From Octopus sinensis (Eukaryota): a stretch of 64,000 bases of DNA. The position numbers and the translations under genes are program-made. The notes under the pieces were generated by a model. It saw nothing but the letters and a program-made list of their open reading frames with translations. It was not told the DNA's origin and made no database searches. Below, piece by piece: positions 1 through 9,870 of the stretch; positions within the stretch are counted from its first letter, which is position 1; the number at the start of each line of letters is the position of its first letter. The stretch spans positions 4,216,001 to 4,280,000 of the forward strand of contig NC_043017.1 of NCBI RefSeq assembly GCF_006345805.1. Reading direction: 5' to 3'.

Positions 1-78
1 GCTCTGGCAATGATCACGCTCTCGGGTGGTGCTCTTAGCACTCCACTAGCATGGATGCCAGTCATCAAATTTGATTTA
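1..78 (-). mobile_element. 5' part of an RTE 3'UTR-derived repeat (family C) running off the window edge
   Basis: Reverse complement matches 37021-37100 (aaatcaaattcgatgactggtatc...gctagtgg), which leads into the ggcacgtaaaa motif of family C. Confidence 0.55.
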
Positions 79-339
79 TTCTTGTTTAAGAATATTGAAT
101 TTGTACTCTGCAAAAGTATAGAGTAACCCATCAGATTAATGTAAAATTATTTTCATTATAACTGAATATAAAAACAAACCTTAACATATTCTATTTTGTA
201 GCAATGTCATATATATAGCCTAATATAAAAAAATGGAATATTTACTTTCATAGTTTTTGTAATACTTTCGTATTAACTGCACAGTGATGGTATTCATCAG
301 TTCTGAGAGTACATTTCTCAACTATGAACCCATCTGTTA

Positions 340-536
340 AACATTAGCACGCTGGGCGAAATGCGTAGCCGTATTTCGTCTGTCGTTACGTTCCGAGGTC
401 GACTTTGCCTTTCATCCTTTCGGGGTTGATAAATTAAGTACCAGTTACACACTGGGGTCGATGTAATCGACTTAATCCCTTTGTCTGTCCTTGTTTGTCC
501 CCTCTGTGTTTAGCCCCTTGTGGTTAATAAAGAAAT
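340..536 (+). mobile_element. SINE family A copy (5'-truncated, internal deletion)
   Basis: Core aggtcgactttgcctttcatcctttcgggg...aaattaagtaccagtt...ggggtcgatgtaatcgacttaatcc, shared with many other copies; ends in a (TA)n tail. Confidence 0.85.
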
Positions 537-568
537 ATATATATATATATATATATACATATATATAT

Positions 569-604
<36 letters not shown>

Positions 605-608
<4 letters not shown>

Positions 609-1975
609 TCATCATCATCGTTTAACGTCCGCTTTCCATGCTAGCATGGGTTGGATGGTTCAACTGGGGTCTGGCAAGCCCGAAGGCTACACCAGGCCAG
701 TCAGATCTGGCAGTGTTTCTACAGCTGGATGCCCTTCCTAACGCCAACCACTCCGAGAGTGTAGTGGGTGATTTTATGTGCCACCGACACAGGTGCCAGA
801 CGAGGCTGGCAGACGGCCACGCTCGGATGGTGTTTTTTATGTGCCACCGACACAGGTGCCAGACGAGGCTGGCAGACGGCCACGCTCGGATGGTGTTTTT
901 TATGTGCCACCGACACAGGTGCCAGACGAGGCTGGCAGACGGCCACGCTCGGATATGGTGTTTTCGGTGTTTTTCTTATGTGCCACCGACACAGGTGCCA
1001 GACGAGGCTGGCGAACGGCTACGATCGGATGGTGTTTGTTACGTGCCCACGGCACGGAGGCCAGTCAATGCGGTACTGGCTACGGTCCCGTTCGGATGGT
1101 TTTCTTATGTGCCACTGGCACTGGTACCACAGGGATACAATTTCCATTGATGTTCATCTATTTTGATTTGGTTTGACTTGATTCGATTTGCCTCAACAGG
1201 TCTTCACAAGTGTCACAAGCAGGAAGGTATGCACAGGTGGACTGACTACGTCCCAGGTAGGGGCCACGGGTTATGGCTTCACTAGTCTTGCCGGGTCTTC
1301 TCACACACAGCATACTTCCATAGGTCTCGGTCTCTAGTCATTTCCATGGTGAGACCTAACGTTCGAAGGTCGTGCTTCACCACCTCGTGCCAGGTTTTCC
1401 TGGGTCTACCTCTTCCACGGGTTCCCTCAACTGCTAGGGATTGGCACTTTCTCACACACCTATCTTCATCCATTCTCGCCACATGACCATACCAGCGCAA
1501 TCGTCTCTCTTGCACGCAGCAACTGATGCTTCTTAGGTACAACATTTCTCTCAGGGAACTAACGCTCTGTCGAGTAAGTACACTGACATTACACATCCAT
1601 CGGAGCATACTGGCTTCATTCCTCATGAGCTTACGCATGTCCTCAGCAGTCACGGCCCATGTTTCACTGCCATGTAGCATGGCAGTTCGAACACATGCAT
1701 CATACAGTCTGCCCTTTACTCTGAGCGAGAGGTCTTTAGTCACCAGCAGAGGTAAGAGCTCCCTAAACTTTGCCCAGGCTATTCTTATTCTAGCAGTTAC
1801 ACTCTCAGTGCACCCACCCCCACTACTGACTTGGTCACCTAGATAACGGAACCTATCAACTACTTCTAATTTTTCCCCCTGGAAAGTGACAGAAGTTGTT
1901 TTCTGCAGATTTTCGGAGGTCAATGCTCCCGAGCATCTGCCACATATAAAAACTATCTTCCCAGTTAGCCTACCT
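605..1975 (-). mobile_element. 5'-truncated RTE-clade LINE: RT C-terminus (ORF 1282-1923), long 3'UTR with tandem repeats and (GAT)n tail
   Basis: ORF has RTE RT C-terminal motifs (VDRFRYLGDQV, RIRIAWAKFREL, KGRLYDACVRTAMLHGSETW, RRLRWYGHVARM, GRGRPRKTW). It continues without a break into a 3'UTR ending ggacgttaaacgatgatgatg. Both ends abut (TA)n. Confidence 0.9.
776..1135. repeat. 63-bp tandem repeat (about 6 units, first three near-identical) inside the RTE 3'UTR
   Basis: Unit atgtgccaccgacacaggtgccagacgaggctggcagacggccacgctcggatggtgtttttt starts at 776, 839, 902 and 978, with degenerate units at 1041 and 1107. Confidence 0.9.
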
Positions 1976-2001
1976 ATATATATATATATATATATGTATG
2001 T

Positions 2002-2236
2002 AAAGGCGGTGAGCTGGCAGAAACGTTAGCACACTGGGCGAAATGCTTAGCGGTATTGCGTCTGTCGTTGCGTTCTGAGTTCAAATTCCGCCGAGGTCGA
2101 CTTTGCTTTTCATCCTTTCGGGGTCGATAAATTAAGTACCAGATACGCACTGGGGTCGATGTAATCGACTTAATCCGTTTGTCTGTCCTTGTTTGTCCCC
2201 TCTATGTTTAGCCCCTCGTGGGCAATAAAGAAACAA
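2002..2236 (+). mobile_element. SINE family A, full-length
   Basis: tRNA-like head with A box (ggtgagctggcagaa) and B box (gagttcaaattcc), followed by the family A core. Confidence 0.85.
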
Positions 2237-2529
2237 ATATATATAAACAGAATATTTTCTTCATTCAAAAAATATGTATACAAGTATTTAGAAAGAATCT
2301 TTTTATTAAAAACACAATAATGTTCAGCTATCTCTTCAAAGTTGATATCACTCTGGAGTTAAATGAATTGTAATGAAATTATCAGTTGTTTTTTCTTTCC
2401 AGTACACAAACATTTATGGCAACACACAAATTCTTTAAATAAGTAAAATATTCATTACTTAATTGCATTAGAACACAGAAAGACTGCTATATATACCAAG
2501 AGCAAAAAAAACTCTAATATGGTTATTTG

Positions 2530-2703
2530 GTGCATAAAAGCACGTCATACCTATCGCCAGCAGCAAACAATCACCACTATTTCAGCTGCCTGGACTACCA
2601 AATCATGTTTCGGCCTCATATCACCTTTTCAGTCGTAGTCTGAATGGCAGAAGTAGCAGTGATTCTCTGCTGCTGGCAATAGCTAAGATGTGCTTTTATG
2701 CAC
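2530..2703. repeat. Imperfect fold-back/MITE-like hairpin downstream of the ZNF stop codon
   Basis: Left arm tgcataaaagcacgtcatacctatcgccagcagca pairs with right arm tgctgctggcaatagctaagatgtgcttttatgca; weaker pairing continues inward. Confidence 0.7.
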
Positions 2704-2971
2704 ATCAGAGGTTATATTAATACTACCTCTGTTGCTCTAATTGTTGTTTAAATATCTTGAATGAATACAAACACATGAAGTAAAGTGATTCCAAATAGAG
2801 CATCATTTACCACAGTGGTATGCTTCCTTTCTTGTATAAATGTATTTATGAGTAGTTAATATGTCAGTGAAAGAATGATTTTAACACAAATACAAGTGGT
2901 ATGAATTATGTATGAATGTGTTTGCGTATAGTTAAATCTCTCCTTTTTAAGACAATCATTTGCCATAGATA

Positions 2972-4654
2972 TCAGTGATACAGTTTTTCTCTTGAATGAG
3001 TGTTTTTGTGTGCAGACAAATGATGATGTCGTGAGAAAGATTTATCACAGATGTCACAATGATATGGCTTCTCACCTGTGTGAATGCGTTTGTGAGTAGT
3101 TAAGTGACTAGAGACAGCAAATTGCTTTCCACATGTATCACAGTGATATGGCTTCTCACCTGTGTGAGTACGATTGTGCTTGCTTAAGTTACCACTTATA
3201 GAGAATGATTTACCACAGACATCACAGTTGAATGGTTTCTCTCCTGTATGAACAAGTCTGTGAACAACAGAACCAGATTTTTGAGAAAACGATTTACCAC
3301 AGATATCACACTGATATGGTTTCTCTCCTGTATGAACACGTTTGTGTTTAGTTAAACATGCATTTCGATAGAACGATTTACCACAGATATCACAACCATA
3401 TCGTTTCTCTCTTGTATGAACACGTTTGTGAGAAATTAAGTGAGCAGTTACAGAGAAAGATTTACCACAGACATCACAGCAACAGGGGGCTTCTTCTGCA
3501 TGGATAAGTAAATGGTTTCTTAACTTATTACTTAAAGAGAATGTTTTACCACAGATATCACAGTGATATGGCTTCTCTCCTATGTGAATACGTTTGTGTC
3601 TAGTTAAGGTACTACTTACAGCAAATGATTTACCACAGATATCACAGTTGAATGGTTTTTCTCCTGTATGAAAGCGTTTGTGAATAGTTAAGGCACTACT
3701 TGCAGAAAAAGATTTACCACAGATATCACAGTGATATGGCTTTTCTCCTGTATGAATGCGTTTGTGTGTTGTTAAATGACCAGTTTCAGAGAATGATTTA
3801 CCACAGATATCACAGTGATATGGCTTCTCTCCTGTATGAATGCGTTTGTGTGTTGTTAAGGCACTATTTACAGAAAAAGATTTACCACAGATATCACAGT
3901 TAAATGGCTTTTCTCCTGTATGAAAGCGTTTGTGAGTAGTTAAGGCACTACGTGCATAAAAAGATTTACCACAGATATCACAGTGACATGGTCTTTTGCC
4001 TGTGTGAATACGCTTGTGTACAGTTAAGCTGCCTGGATCGGAAAATGATCTGCCACAGATATCACACTGGAATGGTTTCTCTCCTGTATGTATACGTTTA
4101 TGGTTAATTAAGTTAGTTCCCCAAGAAAATGATTCACCACAGATATCACATTGATATGGCTTCTCTCCTGTATGAATACGTTTGTGAATACCTAAATATC
4201 CATTTCTAGAGAATGATTTACCACAAATATCACATTGATATGGCTTCTCTCCTGTGTGAGTACGTTTGTGAACAGTTAAATATGCATTTCGAGAGAATGA
4301 TTCACCACAGATATCACATTGATATGGTCTCTCTCCTGTATGAATACGTTTATGATAAGTTAACGTACTATTATGAGAGAATGATTTACCACAAATATCA
4401 CATTGATATGGCTTCTCTCCTGTATGAATACGTTTGTGACTAGTTAAATCTGCATTTCGAGAGAATGATTTACCACAGATATCACATTGATATGTTCTTT
4501 CTCCCACACGAATACATTTGTGAATAGATACGACACTTTTATGGGATGTTTTGTATGATGTCTTTCCTATTTTTTGCAGTATTTCATCATGAAAATCACT
4601 CGTTTCAGGTTCTATTTTATTCTGAACATTGTTGTCACAGAATTCATTTTCCAT
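2972..4654 (-). CDS. C2H2 zinc-finger protein, 18 tandem fingers, 560 aa from the first ATG, single coding exon
   Basis: 18 repeats of C-x2-C-x12-H-x3-H, mostly with TGEKP linkers. The ORF track start at 4675 is TTG; the first ATG (MENEF) is at 4654. No KRAB/SCAN/BTB domain is visible. Confidence 0.93.
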   Translation of the reverse strand: MENEFCDNNVQNKIEPETSDFHDEILQKIGKTSYKTSHKSVVSIHKCIRVGERTYQCDICGKSFSRNADLTSHKRIHTGEKPYQCDICGKSFSHNSTLTYHKRIHTGERPYQCDICGESFSRNAYLTVHKRTHTGEKPYQCDICGKSFSRNGYLGIHKRIHTGEKPYQCDICGESFSWGTNLINHKRIHTGEKPFQCDICGRSFSDPGSLTVHKRIHTGKRPCHCDICGKSFYARSALTTHKRFHTGEKPFNCDICGKSFSVNSALTTHKRIHTGEKPYHCDICGKSFSETGHLTTHKRIHTGEKPYHCDICGKSFSASSALTIHKRFHTGEKPFNCDICGKSFAVSSTLTRHKRIHIGEKPYHCDICGKTFSLSNKLRNHLLIHAEEAPCCCDVCGKSFSVTAHLISHKRVHTREKRYGCDICGKSFYRNACLTKHKRVHTGEKPYQCDICGKSFSQKSGSVVHRLVHTGEKPFNCDVCGKSFSISGNLSKHNRTHTGEKPYHCDTCGKQFAVSSHLTTHKRIHTGEKPYHCDICDKSFSRHHHLSAHKNTHSREKLYH

Positions 4655-4997
4655 ATTTTTCCTTCTCTCCCCCAAAATAGGGATATATTTCTTGTTTTCT
4701 TTTTTATATTATACTCCAAACAATTATTCCTTCCGCTATATGCTGAAAACTACTTTGTAAATTTGTCCAAGATTAATTTGAAAGAAGAGCCAAGTAGCAC
4801 ATGCCGCAGTCGGTTGAGTCGAGGAATTCTGCAGTTAATCTAAGTTCACAGGAAATACTCGTAATTGTACAAATGAATTTATATAAACATGGGTATATTT
4901 GTTCTGTACGATAGCATTCTTCAGTATCTAAAGCAGCGTAAATATTATTGAGACATCTGAATTGCTAAAACTTTTAAATGCGAATGTCAGCTGATGT

Positions 4998-5976
4998 TCT
5001 GAAATGACAGGAGAAACAGTATAAGATATACAGAATACTTGAATCAATTGTGGGAATTTCATTACATTTTTATATTGATAAAGTGTACCTTTTTAATTTG
5101 TCATCAAAATTATACCAGATAACTATGCATATTTCCAGACCTTCATAAAATTAAATTACAGAATTATAGGCGCAGGAGTGGCTGTGTGGTAAGTAGCTTG
5201 TTTACCAACCACATGGTTCCGGGTTCAGTCCCACAGCGTGGCACCTTGGGCAAGTGTCTTCTACTATAGCCTCGGGCCGACCAAAGCCTTGTGAGTGGAT
5301 TTGGTAGACGGAAACTGAAAGAAGCCCGTCGTATATATGTATATGTGTGTGTGCGTGTATGTTTGTGTTTGTCTACCAAATCCACTCACAAGGCTTTGGT
5401 CGGCCCGAGGCTATAGTAGAAGACACTTGCCTAAGGTGCCACGCTGTAGGACTGAACCCGGAACCATGTGGTTGGTAAACAACCTACTTACCACACAGCC
5501 ACTCCTGCGTATATATATACATCTTCAGAAATGTAAATAAACCCACGTGGTTTATAAGTTACTAATATCGAAAGATCGCCAAAGAGAATATAACAAAATA
5601 ACGATCTTGTAAAGGTTGGCTCCTGTGAGATTTTGATTTTAGCCAAGATAACATAAAGTGTCTTCTATTAAAAGTTATAAGATTAAGAAGCCAATATCAA
5701 AAGAAAGTATTTAGCAAAGTAAATCGATAGAGACTGCATTGTACTATAGTGTCAAGATCTCACTTATTTTACATTTAAAATAGCTCCAATTCACTTTTAA
5801 GTCGTAGAACAAAATACTAAAAACATCTCAACTTTTCAGTTTCTAAACAAAGGAAATAGAAATCTTTTTCCAAGTGTTACATTTTTTCCACTCTGCAATA
5901 AATACCGTGGTTCGATTATTTAATTATTTACACACAACATTATCACAGCCTTAAAGTAAATTTCCATCAACTTACC
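4998..5976 (-). other. Putative 5'UTR intron of the ZNF gene (4999-5975)
   Basis: Minus-strand donor taacg|GTAAGT at 5975 and pyrimidine-rich acceptor tttctcctgtcatttcAG at 4999; motif-based only. Confidence 0.45.
5167..5510. mobile_element. Inverted pair of SINE family B copies (plus 5167-5370, minus 5371-5510)
   Basis: ggcgcaggagtggctgtgtggtaag...ggatttggtagac followed by its reverse complement; about 140-bp arms with 3 mismatches. Confidence 0.9.
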
Positions 5977-6102
5977 GTTATCAGATAAAAAGCAACGAAC
6001 AAGTGCTCGACAGGAACAAGATTGACATTAATTAATTAATTAGTTTTAAGGTGCGCTAATTATTTCCCTTTATTTGACTTCTTTTTTCCACGGAGTTCTG
6101 AT

Positions 6103-6489
6103 CCTATCACTTTCTTTTTTTTTTTTTACTTGTTTCAGTCATTTGACTGTGGCCATGCTGGAGCACCGCCTTTAGTCGAGCAAATCGACCCCGGGACTTA
6201 TTCTTTGTAAGCCCAGTACTTATTCTATCGGTCTCTTTTGCCGAACCACTAAGTGACGGGGACATAAACACACCAGCATCGGTTGTCAAGCAATGCTAGG
6301 GGGACAAACACATACACATATATACGACGGGCTTCTTTCAGTTTCCGTCTACCAAATTCACTCAGAAGGCTTTGGTCGGCCCGAGGCTATAGTAGAAGAC
6401 ACTTGCCCAAGGTGCCGCGCAGTGGGACTGAACCAGGAACCATGTGGTTAGTAAACAAGCTACTTACCACACAGCCACTCCTGCGTCTT
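6103..6489 (-). mobile_element. SINE family B, full-length
   Basis: Reverse complement of the 62551-62945 copy; tRNA-like head (gtggctgtgtggt; ggttcagtccc) and accttgggcaagt segment reminiscent of CORE SINEs. Confidence 0.85.
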
Positions 6490-6580
6490 AATTTCTTAGT
6501 ATTTTTGGTAATTTCAACAATTTCCTCCGATTCAATATCTTTCCATTGTGTCAGATTACGATGTGTGTGAAAAGCAATGG

Positions 6581-6857
6581 GATCTTTTCGTTTTGACCGG
6601 CAGATTTTTTTAATAATTTCGGTTAAACTAAAGCCTCTCCCCCACTCTCCTTTCGCGTGTGCGCATTTTTTAAATATTCGTTTAGAGGAAGTTGTTTTAC
6701 ACATATTACACACATTTTTTTTTTGTTTCTTTGAGTGGGTTTAACCATAATTTCTTAGTAACTAAACACTTTAAAACTTCGTACACTGGTAGAATATGTT
6801 TATGAAACATCTTTTTCTCTTGGCTTTCTTGAGAAAATTCTGTAGTTTGTAAGCTCC
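6581..6857 (+). repeat. Dispersed repeat, probable DNA-transposon end (also at 21271-21415 and 49345-49395)
   Basis: Shared gatcttttcg..tgaccggcagattt and aaacatctttttctcttggct.tcttgagaaaattctgtagtttgtaagct. Confidence 0.6.
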
Positions 6858-7142
6858 CACCCCCACCATGAATTTGTTGTACTCTTGTACAATAGCTAGT
6901 GATCTTTTTTTCTTTTTTTGTCGTGTCTCTCAGCCTGGTCCACTGGCTCAAGTCCATTATACAAGGACAGACTATCGACACATCTGTTGTCAAACTAACA
7001 CAGCAATGACGTTCCAAAGAGCCATGCCCAAGTTGCTTCAGATCTTTCTCTGATTTCAGTTGACATTCTTTCAGACTGCTGGCCTGGAATGTGCCAGCAA
7101 AAAACATTGGTCTGGCCCTCAGAGCTTTGACAAGAGATTAGA

Positions 7143-7288
7143 GAAAACATTTTTCGGTTTATTTCAACCAGAAAAATGTTCACTTAAAGAGAATAACAAG
7201 CTACATAATGCAAAATTTTTACTTTTCAAAAATTCCAATTTTAAAGGGTCGAAACAAACCCAAGCAACGCCGGGTAATACTGCTAGTT
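7143..7288 (-). mobile_element. Truncated copy of Helitron-like family D
   Basis: Reverse complement of the 5' part of 20126-20525. Confidence 0.6.
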
Positions 7289-8009
7289 AAAGTAATTGCT
7301 TGATACAGTACATTTTTGGCATACTGGTACTACCATAGATTTCCATCTTAAACAATGACAATATCATCCTCTGTCTCAAATAGGTCACAGCACAAAGTAA
7401 AATAATACTATTTTCTTTGATACCATCTAAATTTGAAAAAGTATACTGCAGTATATATTTCAAACTTAGTAGTATTTACTTTGAGTATACTGTACTCAAA
7501 AAGTTGTTTGTTTTCAGTCTTCCAAAAAAACAAGCCTGGCCAGGGGGAAATATTACTTTGTCTGGAAACAGATAAGGGCATCTGGCCATACAATAATCTA
7601 CCACAAACTCCGTGTGGCCCATGTAAGCATAGCAAAATAGACGTTAACATAACATCCAGGGTACACTTCAATCACTCCTTACCACCCATGTAAAGTGCGA
7701 GGGACCCATGAATCTTCTCCCCCAAAATAAACCTGTACTTGTGCCTCCCATCATACGTTCACTTCTCAGCAACTCACAAAAAACAACTTTTCTCTTTTCC
7801 CTCACAACTGAGGGGGCTCTTTAGTCTTTATAGGGTGACCTCCCTGGTGTTGGGGTCACAAATTAAGTACCAGCTGCATTCTGTAAAAAGCCAAGACCAT
7901 GGAGAAGGACATGGACCTCCAACATGTTGGATTCTGTGAAAACGCCCAAACTATGCCAGCAAGGAAAGTAAGAGTGATGATGATTATGATCTGTTAATGC
8001 ATATGTAGC

Positions 8010-8272
8010 TGTGATCCCTGTGCCGGTGGCATGTAAAAAGCACCATCCGAACGTGGCTGATGCCAGTGCCGCTGTGACTGGCTTCCGTGCTGGTGGCACG
8101 TGAAAAGTACCCACTACACTCATGGAGAGGTTGGCGTTAGGAAGGACATCCAGCTGTAGAAACACTGCCAGATCAGACTGGAGCCTGGTTCAGCCCCTGG
8201 CTTCCCAGATCCCGGTCGAACCGTCCAACCCGTACTAGCATGGAAAACAGTCATTAAACAATGATGATGATG
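8010..8272 (+). mobile_element. Family C copy (RTE 3'UTR end)
   Basis: ggttggcgttaggaaggacatccagctgtagaaacactgccagatcagactgg...(gat)n. Confidence 0.8.
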
Positions 8273-8689
8273 TACCACATGTGGTATATACAGGACAAGC
8301 AAATGGTTAATATTTTTAATATTCTGGAAAAGTTGTTTCTGTTAGTTTTCCTAAATTTTGCATGTAAAATGAAGAACAATCATCAACGTCAATAAAAAAG
8401 CAATTAACTCAAATTATTTCAAAAACATATTTTTATTATTCAATAAAACATAATTTTTAATCAGTCTTTCAAAATTAGACGCAGGGTCAGAAATTTCAGG
8501 GAAAGGATCAGTCAATTACATTGACTTTATTGATCCCAGAAGGCCAAAAGGCAAAGTTGACCTCGGTCGGGAGTTAAACTTAAAGTATCAAACCATAATT
8601 AAATGCTACAATGCATTTATGCTTGACACCAACCCTGTCAACCCACATTTTTAGACTGGTCCTTTATTTTGTTGAATCCTAAAGGATGA

Positions 8690-8959
<270 letters not shown>

Positions 8960-9479
8960 TGAGTGACAGAAGAGCAGTTCCCCCAATAAATAAAGAATTT
9001 GCCAATGCTGGGTGAAGCAGAGGGGCTTGGGGGTGATGGCAATGATTCCTAAGCTACACCACCCATTCACCTTCCCCTTAGTCACGAGGAAATCATGCCA
9101 TAAGGGATGAAATTAGACAAATTGCATCGATATTCTTTGAAGGGATATGAAACATCCTTGAATATAGGTGCACTGAGAAAGCTGCTGAAACTGGAGCACA
9201 TAAAGTAATTGTCATTGGCTTATCTGAAGAAATAACTGATCTTCAGGCATTTGCTGGAAACACGAGATTCCAAAGAAAAGACAATGGAATACATGAAATT
9301 TAAACCAGAATATAACATGTGTATCTTATGGCATATGAGGACTCCCTTTAACATAACTATAGTGGTTATCCCATTATCAAATAAATCAAGAGTATATTTC
9401 CTCCCTCCTGGAAACATGTTACAGAGAATATGAGTATTCTGATAAAGTGCTTTTCCAAAATGATCACAATGGTATGAAG

Positions 9480-9870
9480 AGTTTGTTAGCTCACTGTTAT
9501 ATCTACTTTGCTGTATGAATACATCAATGGATATACAAGATATTTTCTTGGCAAAGAATGACCTTTGGTATCGATATGGTTACTCTTTTGTATAAATATA
9601 TACACGTATAGTGAAGTGACTTGTTCATAACATAGCTTTTATGTTTGTTTGTTAAGTCACTATTTCAAGAGAATGATTTACCACAGATATCACAGCAATA
9701 TGGTTGCTCTCTCGTTATAGATAAAGTAATACAATTACTTCTTTCAGATAATGATTTACCACAGATATCACAGCAATATGATCCTTTTCCAATATGAATC
9801 AACTTGTATGTTAAGACACTCCCAGCAGAGAATCGTTTACCACAGATATTGAAGTAAATGTTATAACACA
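9480..9870 (-). pseudogene. Degenerate C2H2 zinc-finger array
   Basis: Repeated CDICGKSL/FS motifs (tgatttaccacagatatcacagc on plus) with lost His residues, stops and frameshifts. Confidence 0.75.

Noticed and set aside
776-960. HDV-like ribozyme in the 63-bp unit (gcc-tcgtct-ggc resembles P3/L3)
   Set aside because: No compatible P1 or P2 pairing could be built by eye.
776-1135. Regular GC-rich direct repeats resembling a CRISPR array
   Set aside because: Units are contiguous with no unique spacers, no cas genes are present, and the array lies inside a eukaryotic LINE 3'UTR.
2002-2100. tRNA genes at the heads of SINE families A, B and the 49745 family
   Set aside because: A and B boxes are present, but there is no complete cloverleaf and each continues into a repeated SINE body.
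3700-4443. Plus-strand ORFs 3700-3903 and 4213-4443
   Set aside because: Antisense shadows of the periodic zinc-finger coding sequence.
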